64,000 nucleotides of DNA from an uncultured Azospirillaceae bacterium. GTDB taxonomy: Bacteria > Pseudomonadota > Alphaproteobacteria > RF32 > CAG-239. The position numbers and the translations under genes are program-made. Below are positions 20,467-32,944 of this stretch, in pieces. Under the pieces are notes generated by a model, which saw nothing but the letters and a program-made list of their open reading frames with translations, searched no databases and was not told where the DNA came from. Position 1 is the first letter of the stretch. Each line of letters opens with the position of its first letter. Where the stretch lies: NCBI GenBank assembly GCA_964410325.1, contig CAYPFN010000004.1:1486-65485 (forward strand), written 5' to 3'.

Positions 20467-21720
20467 ATGCATATTAGAGAATTAAAAGAAAAATCTCCGA
20501 AAGAGTTATTAACTTGGGCAGAAGATTTAGGTGTTGAAGATGCATCATCTATGCGTATTCAGGATTTGATTTTTGCTATTATGAAAAAAATAGCTTCCGA
20601 AGACAATATTATTAATGGTGATGGAGTAATTGAGGTTTTGCAAGATGGTTTTGGGTTTTTACGTTCGCCGAAATCAAATTATTTAGCAAGTCCCGATGAT
20701 ATATATGTTTCACCAGCACAAGTTAAAAAATTTGGTTTACGTACAGGGGATACGGTTGAAGGAGAAATCAGAGCACCTAAGGATAACGAACGTTATTTTG
20801 CCTTAACAAAAATCAATACGATTAATTATGAAGATCCAGAAAAATCTAAACTAAGGGTTAATTTTGATAATTTAACACCATTATATCCGACAGAAAAACT
20901 TAATTTTGATATTATTTGCGGTGAAAAAGATTATACAACTAGAGTTATTGATTTGATTGCGCCGCAAGGCAAGGGACAGCGCGGTTTAATTGTTGCACCA
21001 CCACGAACAGGAAAAACGGTTATGCTACAAAATATTGCCCATGCAATTGCCGTTAATCATCCAGAAGTTTATTTAATCGTTTTATTAATTGACGAACGTC
21101 CAGAAGAAGTGACGGATATGACTCGTTCGGTTAAAGGCGAAGTTATATCTTCAACTTTTGATGAGCCGGCAACTCGACATGTGCAAGTAGCTGAGTTGGT
21201 TATTGAAAAAGCTAAACGCTTGGTCGAAACAAAAAAAGATGTGGTCATATTGCTTGATTCTATTACCCGTTTAGGCCGGGCATACAATGCTGTCGTGCCG
21301 TCTTCGGGAAAGGTTTTAACAGGTGGTGTTGATGCTAATGCCCTGCAGCGTCCGAAACGTTTGCTTGGTGCGGCACGTAATGTGGAAGAAGGTGGATCGT
21401 TGACCATTATTGCAACAGCTTTGATTGATACTGGTTCACGTATGGATGAAGTTATTTTTGAGGAATTTAAAGGAACTGGCAATTCAGAAATTATTCTTGA
21501 CCGTAAGTTAACCGATAAACGCTTATTCCCGACAATAGATATTACACGTTCGGGAACTCGTAAGGAAGAATTACTGGTTGATAAAGCAACTCTATCTAAA
21601 ATGTGGGTTTTACGCCGTGTGTTAATGCAAATGGGCATGACCGATGGCATGGAATTTTTACTTGATAAGTTAAAGATGTCTAAAGATAATCAAGATTTTT
21701 TTAATACTATGAATAGTTAA
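20467..21720 (+). CDS. rho: Transcription termination factor Rho
   Basis: 417 aa. Walker A APPRTGKT and an N-terminal RNA-binding domain, preceded by a ~400-bp AT-rich leader. Confidence 0.95.
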   Translation: MHIRELKEKSPKELLTWAEDLGVEDASSMRIQDLIFAIMKKIASEDNIINGDGVIEVLQDGFGFLRSPKSNYLASPDDIYVSPAQVKKFGLRTGDTVEGEIRAPKDNERYFALTKINTINYEDPEKSKLRVNFDNLTPLYPTEKLNFDIICGEKDYTTRVIDLIAPQGKGQRGLIVAPPRTGKTVMLQNIAHAIAVNHPEVYLIVLLIDERPEEVTDMTRSVKGEVISSTFDEPATRHVQVAELVIEKAKRLVETKKDVVILLDSITRLGRAYNAVVPSSGKVLTGGVDANALQRPKRLLGAARNVEEGGSLTIIATALIDTGSRMDEVIFEEFKGTGNSEIILDRKLTDKRLFPTIDITRSGTRKEELLVDKATLSKMWVLRRVLMQMGMTDGMEFLLDKLKMSKDNQDFFNTMNS

Positions 21721-21756
21721 TTATAAGCCCAGCTTTTCAGATGCTGGGTTTATAAT

Positions 21757-22218
21757 TTATTTTTGTTCAATTTCTATATATTCAATACCTGCTTCTTTGA
21801 ACATCTGAGCAGAGTATTTAAGTTTATCGCGCCACGTAGAGGCTTCTATATCATTTCTTTTTTCTAAAGGATTGGTTACTACTACTTTAATTCCAGATTG
21901 AATGATAGCTCTTGCACAATCCGTGCATGGCGTATGCGTTGCATATAAAACACAGCCTTTTAATGATGTTCCTGTTAAACAAGCGTTATAAATAGCATTA
22001 CGCTCGGCATGTTCAAAAAAGTCATATTTTGTAGGGCGTTCCATACGTTCAGGAATATTATCATCGACACCTCTTACAAGTCCGTTATAACCTGTTGCCC
22101 TAATTTCACGATTGGGACCGACTACAACAGCACCGGTTTTGGTTGACGGGTCTTTTGACCATGATGCAACTAAAAAAGCAATTTCCATAAATCGACGATG
22201 CCATTTGTCTGAAAACAT
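21757..22218 (-). CDS. Deoxycytidylate (dCMP) deaminase, ComEB-like
   Basis: 153 aa. Zinc ligands HAERNAI and TPCTDCA. Confidence 0.75.
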   Translation of the reverse strand: MFSDKWHRRFMEIAFLVASWSKDPSTKTGAVVVGPNREIRATGYNGLVRGVDDNIPERMERPTKYDFFEHAERNAIYNACLTGTSLKGCVLYATHTPCTDCARAIIQSGIKVVVTNPLEKRNDIEASTWRDKLKYSAQMFKEAGIEYIEIEQK

Positions 22219-22363
22219 TTGTTATATTTCCCACCTTATTATAATCTAGGTTTTAGTATATTCAAAAAATGTAAAATGACAATAAAAATAACAAATTGAT
22301 AACAGGTTGGACTTGACAATCTAATAAAAATAGCACAATTTATGTGCAGAGTTTTTTAGATAA

Positions 22364-23659
<1,296 letters not shown>

Positions 23660-23678
23660 TTTTTTTGAGTTGGTTTTA

Positions 23679-23716
23679 ATTACTCGGGATGAAAATTTAT
23701 CCCGAGTAATTTTTTT
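23679..23716 (+). terminator. Rho-independent terminator after eno
   Basis: attactcggga ... tcccgagtaat inverted repeat followed by TTTTTTT. Confidence 0.6.
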
Positions 23717-23778
23717 AGTGAAAATTTTAATAAAGTGTATTATAATACTATCTATAAGATAATAGCGGAGTTTTTCAC

Positions 23779-24111
23779 ATGAGAATGTTAACAGTTTTAA
23801 TTTTTTTATGTGCTTTCTTCGTTATGCCGGTTTATGCCGAAGATGTTACCGAAACGGATGAAGATGTTGTTTTATCTTCTGCAGAGAGAAAAAGACAAGC
23901 AAAACTCAGTAATATGAATGATGCTCAAATATTTGAACAACAAATGTTGGAACGCCGAGCACAAAATTCAAAAAGAAAGAAAACTAAAAAAATTTCTGGT
24001 ACTTATAAATCTTCATCTTCCAAAAAAGTTTCTCAAACAAAGTCTTCTCAAAAATCTTCAAGCAGCAGTAGCGGTGTACCTTCGTTGGCATCTGGTATGT
24101 TTATAAAATAA
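23779..24111 (+). CDS. Small secreted Ser/Lys-rich protein (110 aa), hypothetical
   Basis: Signal peptide MRMLTVLIFLCAFFVMPVYA followed by a low-complexity acidic-then-basic S/K-rich tail. No motif. Confidence 0.4.
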   Translation: MRMLTVLIFLCAFFVMPVYAEDVTETDEDVVLSSAERKRQAKLSNMNDAQIFEQQMLERRAQNSKRKKTKKISGTYKSSSSKKVSQTKSSQKSSSSSSGVPSLASGMFIK

Positions 24112-24211
24112 GATAATGTTTGGTGTATAAATTCGTATATATCTGGAAAAAGTGGTTGTGAAAAGTATAAGTTGTTTTATAATTAAGCAAAAGCACAATC
24201 GGAATTAAGTA

Positions 24212-27200
24212 ATGAATAATCCTAAATTTGTACATTTGCGAGTTCATACCGCTTATTCTCTTTCAGAAGGAGCTATTAAAGTTCCGGTATTAATTCATAG
24301 ACTTTGTGAAAATAATGTTCCGGCGGTTGCGATAACCGACACGGGAAATATGTTCGGTGCTAAAGCGTTTTCAAAATATGCTTCTGATGAAGGAATCAAA
24401 CCGATTTTAGGCTGTCAGTTTTATATTCGTAATTCTGATGCCGATAATTTACTGCTTACCAAAGGAAAAGAAGTTGCAAGAGATAAATTGGTTTTGCTGG
24501 TCATGAATGCGACTGGTTATGAAAATATTGTGAAATTAATGAAGCGCTTCTATCTTGATAATACAGCCAATGGTGATGAACCGCAATTAAAATATAGCGA
24601 TTTGGAAGAACTTAATGGAGGATTGATTGCTCTGACAGCCGGCGTTGAGGGGCCTATCGGACGGCTGTTGTTGGAAAACAGAAATGAAGAAGCAGAAGAG
24701 TTATTGCAAAAGCTTTTGCAAATATTTGGCCACGATAACAGATTATATATGGAAATTTCTCGAATAGGGTTATCTTCTGAAAAGCAAACGGAGCAACTAT
24801 TTATCGATTTGGCTTATAAATATAATGTGCCGCTGGTGGCAACCAATGAAGTTTTCTTCTTTGACGCTGATATGTATGAAGCCCATGATGCTTTAATTTG
24901 TATTGCCGCTGGCGAATATTTGGCTGATGAAAATCGAAAAAGATATTCACCAAATAATAGATTTAAAACTCAAGATGAAATGGTTGAGTTATTTAAGGAT
25001 TTACCAGAAGCAGTTATGAACACCGTTCAAATTGCAGAGAGATGTAATTTTTTATCGGAAAGTGTTAAACCTTTATTGCCCATTTTTGAGTGTCCAGATG
25101 GAAAAACTCAAGATGATTATATTACGGAAGAATCCTATAGAGGCTTAGCCGAACGGATGGAAAAACATGTTTATTTTGACGGTATGACGGCAGAACAAAA
25201 AAAGGAACTTGATAAAAAATATTATGATCGTCTGGAATATGAACTGAGCGTTATCAAAAGAATGGGATTTCCAGGATATTTTCTTATTGTTTCGGATTTT
25301 ATCCGCTGGTCGAAAAACCATGGTGTACCAGTTGGTCCGGGACGTGGTTCAGGCGCTGGTTCTATAGTGGCATGGTCTTTGAAAATTACCGAACTTGACC
25401 CTATAAAGTTTGATTTATTATTTGAGCGCTTTTTGAATCCAGATCGTGTTAACATGCCTGATTTTGATGTAGACTTTTGTCAGGAAAACAGATTTAAAAC
25501 GATTGAATATGTGCAAAATAAATATGGTTTTGACCATGTGGCGCAGATTATTACTTATGGTAAATTACAGTCTAAGCAAGTTATTCGCGATGTGGCACGG
25601 GTGTTGCAGATGCCTTATTCACAGGCTGATAGAATTTCTAAAATGATACCAAATCCAGTACAGGGAAAGAATGTTTCTTTACAAGAGGCTTTGGATACGG
25701 TGCCAGAATTGGAGGAAATGAGGCAAAAGGATCCGCAGATTAATAAATTGTTTGATATTGCGATGAAATTGGAAGGGCTTTATAGGCATTCGGGAGTACA
25801 TGCTGCCGGCGTAGTTATAGGCGATAGACCGCTTGATCAGCTTGTTCCTCTTTATAAAGATCCGAAAGCTGATATGCCAGTAACGCAGTATGATATGAAA
25901 TATGTTGAAGAAACAGGGCTTATTAAATTTGATTTTTTAGGGTTGAAAACATTGACCGTTATTAAAAAAGCGGTTGATTGGATTAAAAAAGTGCATGGCA
26001 TTGATTTAGATATTAATGCTGTTCCTTTAGATGATAAACCGACATATGAAATAATGCAGCGCGGTGATACAGCTGCAGTTTTTCAGTTTGAATCTTCTGG
26101 TATGAAAGATGTTCATAAACAAATTAAACCGGATCGTTTTGAAGATTTAATAGCTATCGTTTCTCTTTATCGTCCGGGACCTATGGATAATATTCCGATG
26201 TATATAAAGCGCAAGCACGGTGAAGAAAAAATAACATATCTGCACCCAAGTCTGGCGCCTATTTTAGATGAAACCTACGGAATTATGGTTTATCAGGAAC
26301 AGGTTATGAATATTGCACGGACTTTGGGCGGATATACGATGGGGGAAGCTGATAAATTGCGCAAAGTCATGGGTAAAAAGCAAAGGGAAGAAATCCCCAA
26401 ACATCGTGAAAAATTTATTAAAGGCGCCAAAACCAACGGTATTAGCGAAGATATTGCTGAAAGCATTTTTGATCAGATGGAAAAATTTGCCTCTTATGGT
26501 TTTAATAAGTCACATGCAGCAGCTTATTCCTTGATTTCATATCAAACAGCATACTTGAAAGCACATTATCCGGTTGAATTTATGTGTGCGGTGATGGATT
26601 TGGATATGACCAATACTGATAAATTGGCATTTTTTACTTCCGAGTGCAAGACTTCGGGAATTGAAATAATTAAGCCAGATATTAATAAATCCGATGCAGA
26701 TTTTAAGGTAGAAAACGGAAAAATACGCTATGCTCTAGGGGCAATTAAAGGTGTTGGCGAGACTTATATGCGAGGAATTGTTGAGGAACGGAAAAAGAAC
26801 GGATTATTTAAAGATATGTCGGATTTTTGCCATCGGGTGGATTTCAAATATGTTAACCGCAAGCAGCTTGAAAATATTATTAAAGCCGGTGTATTTGACA
26901 GTCTTGAAAATAATCGCGCCAAGTTGTTTGAAAATATTGATACAATTATGCGTAATATTTATGCCGCTACAGAAGTTAAAACCAGCGAACAAAAATCTTT
27001 GTTTGGGGCAGAAGAACTTTCTGCCGTAATTAAGTTTAAGGAATTTCCGGAATGGCCTTATTTGGAAAGACTTCGTTATGAGGCGGAGGCTATAGGTTTT
27101 TATTTATCGGCGCATCCTTTAAATATTTATGCTGAAAGCATGAAAAAACTTGGTGTTAAAAATTGTGTGGAGATGTTGCAAAACATTAAAGCTGGAGATA

Positions 27201-27691
27201 GTATTAAAGCAAATATGGCGGCTTGTGTTGAAAGTTTTCAAAAACGTTTAAGCAAGTCAGGAAATAAATATGCTTTTGTTGGTTTGTCTGATACAACAGG
27301 GTCTTTTGAGGCATTGCTTTTTTCTGAAGGTATTGTTAAATATGAAGAAGTTTTAAATTCTGGCGTTCCGGTTTTGGTTAAATTGACGATAGATAAACAG
27401 AACGAAGAGGGAAATCCGCGTATTATGATTAATTCAGTTAAAACTTTGGACGAAGCTATTGCTGAACAGGCGAGGGGATTGATTATTAATGTTACAAATA
27501 TAGATGCGGTTATGGCTGTTAGGGATATTCTAAAACAAGATCGGCAGGGGGCAAATAAAATATATATTGTACCGGAAACAACTGATTGGGATATACGAAT
27601 TGAACTTAGTGGCGGATATGCTTTTTATGATGTTAATATGATTGGAAAACTACGGGCAATTTCAGGGGTTTCAAGCGTAAAGGAGATTTAA
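24212..27691 (+). CDS. dnaE: DNA polymerase III alpha subunit
   Basis: 1159 aa. N-terminal PHP domain (FVHLRVHTAYSL), the polymerase core, and a C-terminal OB fold. Confidence 0.95.
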   Translation: MNNPKFVHLRVHTAYSLSEGAIKVPVLIHRLCENNVPAVAITDTGNMFGAKAFSKYASDEGIKPILGCQFYIRNSDADNLLLTKGKEVARDKLVLLVMNATGYENIVKLMKRFYLDNTANGDEPQLKYSDLEELNGGLIALTAGVEGPIGRLLLENRNEEAEELLQKLLQIFGHDNRLYMEISRIGLSSEKQTEQLFIDLAYKYNVPLVATNEVFFFDADMYEAHDALICIAAGEYLADENRKRYSPNNRFKTQDEMVELFKDLPEAVMNTVQIAERCNFLSESVKPLLPIFECPDGKTQDDYITEESYRGLAERMEKHVYFDGMTAEQKKELDKKYYDRLEYELSVIKRMGFPGYFLIVSDFIRWSKNHGVPVGPGRGSGAGSIVAWSLKITELDPIKFDLLFERFLNPDRVNMPDFDVDFCQENRFKTIEYVQNKYGFDHVAQIITYGKLQSKQVIRDVARVLQMPYSQADRISKMIPNPVQGKNVSLQEALDTVPELEEMRQKDPQINKLFDIAMKLEGLYRHSGVHAAGVVIGDRPLDQLVPLYKDPKADMPVTQYDMKYVEETGLIKFDFLGLKTLTVIKKAVDWIKKVHGIDLDINAVPLDDKPTYEIMQRGDTAAVFQFESSGMKDVHKQIKPDRFEDLIAIVSLYRPGPMDNIPMYIKRKHGEEKITYLHPSLAPILDETYGIMVYQEQVMNIARTLGGYTMGEADKLRKVMGKKQREEIPKHREKFIKGAKTNGISEDIAESIFDQMEKFASYGFNKSHAAAYSLISYQTAYLKAHYPVEFMCAVMDLDMTNTDKLAFFTSECKTSGIEIIKPDINKSDADFKVENGKIRYALGAIKGVGETYMRGIVEERKKNGLFKDMSDFCHRVDFKYVNRKQLENIIKAGVFDSLENNRAKLFENIDTIMRNIYAATEVKTSEQKSLFGAEELSAVIKFKEFPEWPYLERLRYEAEAIGFYLSAHPLNIYAESMKKLGVKNCVEMLQNIKAGDSIKANMAACVESFQKRLSKSGNKYAFVGLSDTTGSFEALLFSEGIVKYEEVLNSGVPVLVKLTIDKQNEEGNPRIMINSVKTLDEAIAEQARGLIINVTNIDAVMAVRDILKQDRQGANKIYIVPETTDWDIRIELSGGYAFYDVNMIGKLRAISGVSSVKEI

Positions 27692-27692
27692 G

Positions 27693-28505
27693 ATGCCGAA
27701 GCAAAAAGAAGAGAATAAATATTCTGTTTTGAAATCGGTTTTTTCCCCGTTTTTAAATATTGCGGATAATTTGGAACGTTTTTTATTGAGCGGTATTTTA
27801 TTTGCTTTAGGATTAACGCTTTTATCTTATATATTTAATCAGACTTATTTGTGTGTTATCAATGTTGAAGCCGCCAAATTTCTGTCTTGCGGGGGGTATC
27901 AACATTTATACGGCGTGTATATTTTTCTGAAAGTATTGATTTGCTCTTTGTTTATAACTGTATGGTGTTATTTAAGTACGCATGATGAACTTGAAAAAAA
28001 TATTTATAGGTATTTTTTAAAAAATTGGAAAAAGTTTTTTCATGATTTATGTTTTTTTATTTGTTTTGTTTTTCTTAATATACTACCGGTTATTTCCGGC
28101 GTGTTGCTGCTGTTTAGGGTACCAAATCCAAATTGGCAAATTGAACTTTTATATTTTACGTTTGTGGGACTTGGTTTTATAGTTCCTTTTATTGTGATAC
28201 GTTTTTATACAAATTTTGCCGAAGCTTTATCCGGTGAAGATTGGCGCAACTTTTCTATGGTTTGGCATCAGACATCCGGGAAAGGATTTAAAATTATTCT
28301 TTCGACAGGTTTGTTTTTTCTGATAGAAATGATTTTACTTCTAAGCGTTAATTCCAGTTTTCGTGCGCCGAGCAATATGCCACCGTTGTTTTATAATTTT
28401 ATTGCGGAATTTATTTTTAATCTGATGACGTTATTGATGATTGCTTTGATTGTTAATTTTATGCAAGAGCAGAAAGCACAAATTGTTGAAAACAGCAGAG
28501 TATAA
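27693..28505 (+). CDS. Polytopic membrane protein, hypothetical (270 aa)
   Basis: Several hydrophobic helices. Its start abuts the dnaE stop (translational coupling). Confidence 0.45.
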   Translation: MPKQKEENKYSVLKSVFSPFLNIADNLERFLLSGILFALGLTLLSYIFNQTYLCVINVEAAKFLSCGGYQHLYGVYIFLKVLICSLFITVWCYLSTHDELEKNIYRYFLKNWKKFFHDLCFFICFVFLNILPVISGVLLLFRVPNPNWQIELLYFTFVGLGFIVPFIVIRFYTNFAEALSGEDWRNFSMVWHQTSGKGFKIILSTGLFFLIEMILLLSVNSSFRAPSNMPPLFYNFIAEFIFNLMTLLMIALIVNFMQEQKAQIVENSRV

Positions 28506-28553
28506 AAAATCCCGGAATTATCCAGGATTTTTAAAGGATTTAGCCTTTTAAAT

Positions 28554-29588
28554 TTAGCGGCTGAAAACAGCATCTTTTAAACGCTTGAGAGTGTTCGCCG
28601 CTACTGGCCGGGCCTTAGAGGCTCCTTCAGCCAACAGTTCTTCCACTTCATTAAAGTGTGCCATGTAATAGTTATATGTTTCGCGCTTATCTTTAATTTC
28701 TGCTAAAACGACATCAAGCAACATATTTTTTATATGGCCGTAACCTAATTTTCCATGTTTTAAACCTTCCGCCATTTCAGCTGTTTGTTCTGGTGTAGCG
28801 ATAGCTTTATAGATTTCATAAACTAAAATTTCGTTAGGATTTTTTGGTTCCTCCATCGGTCGCGAATCGGTTTTGATGGAAAAGATGGCTTTTTTAATAA
28901 CGTTATCGTCAGCAAACAAAGGAATAACATTGCCATATGATTTACTCATTTTACGCCCGTCAATTCCAGGGATGACGGCAACATTGTCATCAAAATAATA
29001 TTCCGGCAGGCAAAGCAAAGGTTTGTTATAATGAGCGTTAATGGCGCCGGCAATGTCTCGCGCGATTTCAACATGTTGAACTTGGTCTTTACCGACTGGT
29101 ACAATATTGGTGTTATAAGCCAGAATATCAGCCGCCATGAGAGTTGGATAGGTATAAAGTCCCATGTTTATTCCATCATCGTCAGGTTTCCCGATTTCAC
29201 GATTTTTATCAACTGCCGCTTTATAAGCATGAGCCTTGTTCATAAAACCTTTTGGCGTGTAGGCGCATAAAATTGTCGTAATTTCAGGTATCTCCGGAAT
29301 ATCAGATTGCCGATAAAAAACCGATTTTTTCGGATCTAAACCAACAGCCAGATAAACACAGGCAATTTCTTTTATTTTTTGGTTTAAAACTGTAGCATCT
29401 TTTTCTGCATTAATGGCATGATAATCGGCAATGAACATATAATGACTGCCGCCGGCTTTCAGAGTATTGTTTCCAAGCATAATTGCTGGTTTAACGGCTC
29501 CGAGATAATTCCCGAGGTGCGGTGTTCCGGTTGGTTTGAGGCCGGTTAGAATAACCTTGTTTTCAAACATTTTATTTCTCTTTTGCAA
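28554..29588 (-). CDS. trpS: Tryptophanyl-tRNA synthetase
   Basis: 344 aa. A HIGH-like GTPHLGNYLG and a KMSKS motif. Confidence 0.9.
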   Translation of the reverse strand: MQKRNKMFENKVILTGLKPTGTPHLGNYLGAVKPAIMLGNNTLKAGGSHYMFIADYHAINAEKDATVLNQKIKEIACVYLAVGLDPKKSVFYRQSDIPEIPEITTILCAYTPKGFMNKAHAYKAAVDKNREIGKPDDDGINMGLYTYPTLMAADILAYNTNIVPVGKDQVQHVEIARDIAGAINAHYNKPLLCLPEYYFDDNVAVIPGIDGRKMSKSYGNVIPLFADDNVIKKAIFSIKTDSRPMEEPKNPNEILVYEIYKAIATPEQTAEMAEGLKHGKLGYGHIKNMLLDVVLAEIKDKRETYNYYMAHFNEVEELLAEGASKARPVAANTLKRLKDAVFSR

Positions 29589-29667
29589 ATTTTGTATTGT
29601 ATTTATTTGTAAAATTGATAATCTACTTCCCGGTTTAAATCAATAAAATTTTAATAGGACGCCAAAA

Positions 29668-30954
29668 ATGTTGGATATTAAGTTTATCATTGAAAACATT
29701 GATATAATTAAAGAAGGACTTCAAAAAAAAGGATATTCTAAAGAAGACTTAGATATTGATGCTTTAATTGAGCTTCATAAAGATATTACCAAGCTCAAAA
29801 CATCATCACAGGTTTTGGCGGAAGAAAAAAATCGGCTGAGTGCCTCTATAAAATCAGTAAGCGCTGAAGAACGGCCGGCAATTATTGCAAAAAGCAAGGC
29901 ATTGGGGGAAGAGCTTAAAGCAGAATTGGACAAGCTTAATGCTGAACAGGAAAAATTTAATCTGTTGGAGCTTAAAATGCCGAATATGCCTTCGCCGGAA
30001 AGTCCGGTTGGCCAAGATGACAGCGGAAATATTATTCGTCGAAAAGTTGGTGAAATTCCGCATTTTGATTTTGAACCGCGTGATCATGTGGAATTGATGA
30101 CATTAAACGATTGGTCAGAAATGGAACGTATTGCTAAGGTTTCTGGTTCAAGGACATATGCTATTAAAAATGATTTAGCGAAGTTAGAACTGGCAATGCA
30201 TATGATGGTGTTGGATAAGCTGCGCGCTAATGGTTTTACGATTATTACCGTTCCATCCATTTCTAAAGAAAGACCGTTATATGGGCAGGGGTATTTACCG
30301 TTTTCCAAAGATGAAATTTATTATATGCCGGAAGACGATATTTATCTGTCAGGAACGGCTGAATTAATCTTAAATTCATTGCGCGCTGATGAAATTTTAC
30401 AAGAAAACGAGTTGCCTATTTTGTACGCTGGATTTTCGCCGTGTTTTCGTCGAGAAGCTGGTGCTGCCGGAAAAGATACGCGAGGGCTTGTACGTGTGCA
30501 TCAGTTTATGAAAACGGAACAATTTGTCATTTGTAAAAATGATATTGCCGAAAGTGAGAAATGGCACCAAAAGCTTTTGGTTATTTCTGAGGAGGTTTTA
30601 CATGATTTGGAATTACCGTATCAGGTTTTGGAAGTTTGCACTGGCGATATGGGGGCTCCGAAATACAGACAGTACGATTTAGAAGCGTGGGTTCCGAGCC
30701 AAAACTGTTATCGAGAAACACACTCTTGTTCTAATATTACGGATTGGCAGGCTCGGAGGACAAATTTGCGTTATCGGGACAATGCCGAGGGACGAGTTAG
30801 GTTTGTCCATACTTTAAATAATACGGGCATTGCAACACCGCGAGCGTTGGTGCCGTTTATCGAAAATCATCAAAACGCCGATGGTTCGGTTAATATTCCG
30901 GAAAAATTACAGCCATATATGGGTGGTAAAAAAGTTATCGGGAAAAACTTTTAG
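29668..30954 (+). CDS. serS: Seryl-tRNA synthetase
   Basis: 428 aa. An N-terminal coiled-coil arm and class II motifs (FRREAG, GLVRVHQF). Confidence 0.9.
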   Translation: MLDIKFIIENIDIIKEGLQKKGYSKEDLDIDALIELHKDITKLKTSSQVLAEEKNRLSASIKSVSAEERPAIIAKSKALGEELKAELDKLNAEQEKFNLLELKMPNMPSPESPVGQDDSGNIIRRKVGEIPHFDFEPRDHVELMTLNDWSEMERIAKVSGSRTYAIKNDLAKLELAMHMMVLDKLRANGFTIITVPSISKERPLYGQGYLPFSKDEIYYMPEDDIYLSGTAELILNSLRADEILQENELPILYAGFSPCFRREAGAAGKDTRGLVRVHQFMKTEQFVICKNDIAESEKWHQKLLVISEEVLHDLELPYQVLEVCTGDMGAPKYRQYDLEAWVPSQNCYRETHSCSNITDWQARRTNLRYRDNAEGRVRFVHTLNNTGIATPRALVPFIENHQNADGSVNIPEKLQPYMGGKKVIGKNF

Positions 30955-31029
30955 ATTATAAAACTATCATTCCGGTATTGCTGAATCGGCAAGATAATTG
31001 ATTTAAATAAAATCTTGTTGTTTTAAAAT

Positions 31030-31725
31030 ATGAGAGAAAAGATGCCGGACGCAAATTTGAATATAACTGGATTGAAAACAGCGGTTTTTGATTGGGACAA
31101 TACTTTGGCTGAAAGCCGAAGCACGCTTGTTTATGCCATTAATCAGGTTTTGTCGCAATATGGCTTGGAAGAATGGGATATAGTGAAAAAGAAAAGAGAT
31201 AATAATCTCTCGTTTAGAGATAATTTTCTCCGTATTTTTGGCGATAAAGCAGAAGAAGCTTATGATCGGTATACGAAAATTTACTTGCAAAATGTTAGCC
31301 AGATAATTACGGCGTTTCCAAAAACGCACGAGGTTTTGGCGTTTTTTAAGCAAAACGGAATTTCTGTTATGATTATGACTAATAAAGACAGAGTTTTGTT
31401 TGATTATGAACTTCCTTTATTATTTAATCCTGATATTTTTGACAATATTGTCTGTGGTCATGAAGCGGAAGAGGATAAGCCTTATGCGGGACATTTGATA
31501 TGGACGGTAAAAGGTGTTTTGAATTCGGAACAAATCAGTCCGACAAGTGTATGGGTTATTGGCGATAGTCCGCAGGACAGCGCATGCGCACGCGCTGCTG
31601 GCGCTAGGCCTATACGTATAGGGAAACCAATATGGGGAAATGAAAACGAACAAGAAACAGGAATTTGTTTTTTTGATTCATTTGTGGATTTTTATCAGAG
31701 TTTGCTTTTATCGAATCCAAAATAG
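31030..31725 (+). CDS. HAD-superfamily phosphatase
   Basis: DxD motif VFDWDNTL, motif III near the K, and a C-terminal GDSPQD. Confidence 0.6.
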   Translation: MREKMPDANLNITGLKTAVFDWDNTLAESRSTLVYAINQVLSQYGLEEWDIVKKKRDNNLSFRDNFLRIFGDKAEEAYDRYTKIYLQNVSQIITAFPKTHEVLAFFKQNGISVMIMTNKDRVLFDYELPLLFNPDIFDNIVCGHEAEEDKPYAGHLIWTVKGVLNSEQISPTSVWVIGDSPQDSACARAAGARPIRIGKPIWGNENEQETGICFFDSFVDFYQSLLLSNPK

Positions 31726-31750
31726 GTTACATTAAAACAAAGATAATTGT

Positions 31751-32944
31751 TTGAATGTAGCAAATATGGCTTTAAATAACCCTAAAGAATTGTATTTAAA
31801 AATTTTTAAAAGAGTAACAATCATTGTTTTACTTTTAGTGATTATGGTTGCTAATATTCATGAATTTAAGCGTCTGGTTTCAACGAATCCTGAAAAAATA
31901 ACGGAATATCAGTCGCCAAGAGATATTTATGCAGAAATTAGAAATCCAGTTATATTGATTACATATTATACGGTTTCAGATAAAATGCCGAAAATCGCCA
32001 TTTTGCCGGAACAACATTTTGATAATGTGATACAGAGCTTGGGTAAAAATTTTAAAAAAGGACAGATACAGAAGATTTTTATAGGGATGCTAGCTGGTGT
32101 AGCAAAAGAGAAGGTTGATTTTTTTAATAAAGAAGATTTATTTGATGGCGTGCCTTTCAAAATTTTTACAGATCAAGATATTTTACAATCAAAGCAAAAA
32201 GATTTTGTCTCTCTGCTTGAAACTGATAGAAATTTTCTAATTTTAATCGGAAATTTAAAAGATGATAAGTTTGCCGAAATGTTAAAAATGGTGGAAACAA
32301 CGGCGGTTAATTTGAATTTACGGCCGGTGGCCAAAGATTTATTAGCCATCCAGAAAGTTTTTTTAGAGAAAAAGAGCCAAGGTTTAGATACTTTGAATTT
32401 GGAACAACAGTATGCTAATTTAGAGACGTTTATTAAAGATCAGCAAGAATCATTACAGAAGTTGATAAAACAAGCCTTAGATAATGATTTAGATAATGTT
32501 GGGGAAATTAAAAAGAACAGGCATTTTGATGATAAGGCCGCTGTTTATGTTTTAGCTGTTTCCGAAGAAGAAAATTTATTTCGGGAATATGGAGAGGTGA
32601 GTTTTGAAAAATCTGTTGCTAAGGGGATTTCTTTTTATGTTGCGGAAGCAAAAAAAGACTTTCCGGAATCTGATATAAAGATTTTTCTGTTAACAGAAAG
32701 CGAACGGAAAAATTATGCCGATGAAAAAGAATTCGAAGCGGCTTTGCAAAGAGGATACGGCATTGTTTTGACAGTTGGGAATAGAAGAGGTATTTTATTG
32801 CCCTGTTTTTGGGAAACATACCCGAATAAGAAAGAATTTATTAAACAATTAAAAATAAAATCGGGAATAAGTCCAGATTATTGGTCAGAAGAAATAAATA
32901 TTTATTATTTTAAAGCCGCGGAGATACCATATCATGAAAATTGA
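31751..32944 (+). CDS. Membrane-anchored hypothetical protein with AMMECR1-like C-terminal segment (397 aa)
   Basis: N-terminal TM VTIIVLLLVIMVANI. The C-terminal ..GNRRGILLPCFWE..KEFIKQLKIKSGI loosely resembles the AMMECR1 C-terminal consensus. Overlaps the next gene by 11 nt. Confidence 0.4.
   Translation: MNVANMALNNPKELYLKIFKRVTIIVLLLVIMVANIHEFKRLVSTNPEKITEYQSPRDIYAEIRNPVILITYYTVSDKMPKIAILPEQHFDNVIQSLGKNFKKGQIQKIFIGMLAGVAKEKVDFFNKEDLFDGVPFKIFTDQDILQSKQKDFVSLLETDRNFLILIGNLKDDKFAEMLKMVETTAVNLNLRPVAKDLLAIQKVFLEKKSQGLDTLNLEQQYANLETFIKDQQESLQKLIKQALDNDLDNVGEIKKNRHFDDKAAVYVLAVSEEENLFREYGEVSFEKSVAKGISFYVAEAKKDFPESDIKIFLLTESERKNYADEKEFEAALQRGYGIVLTVGNRRGILLPCFWETYPNKKEFIKQLKIKSGISPDYWSEEINIYYFKAAEIPYHEN

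Noticed and set aside
21069-21650. 193-aa antisense ORF inside rho
   Set aside because: Lies entirely within a highly conserved essential gene on the opposite strand, with S/R/P-rich low-complexity translation typical of antisense frames.
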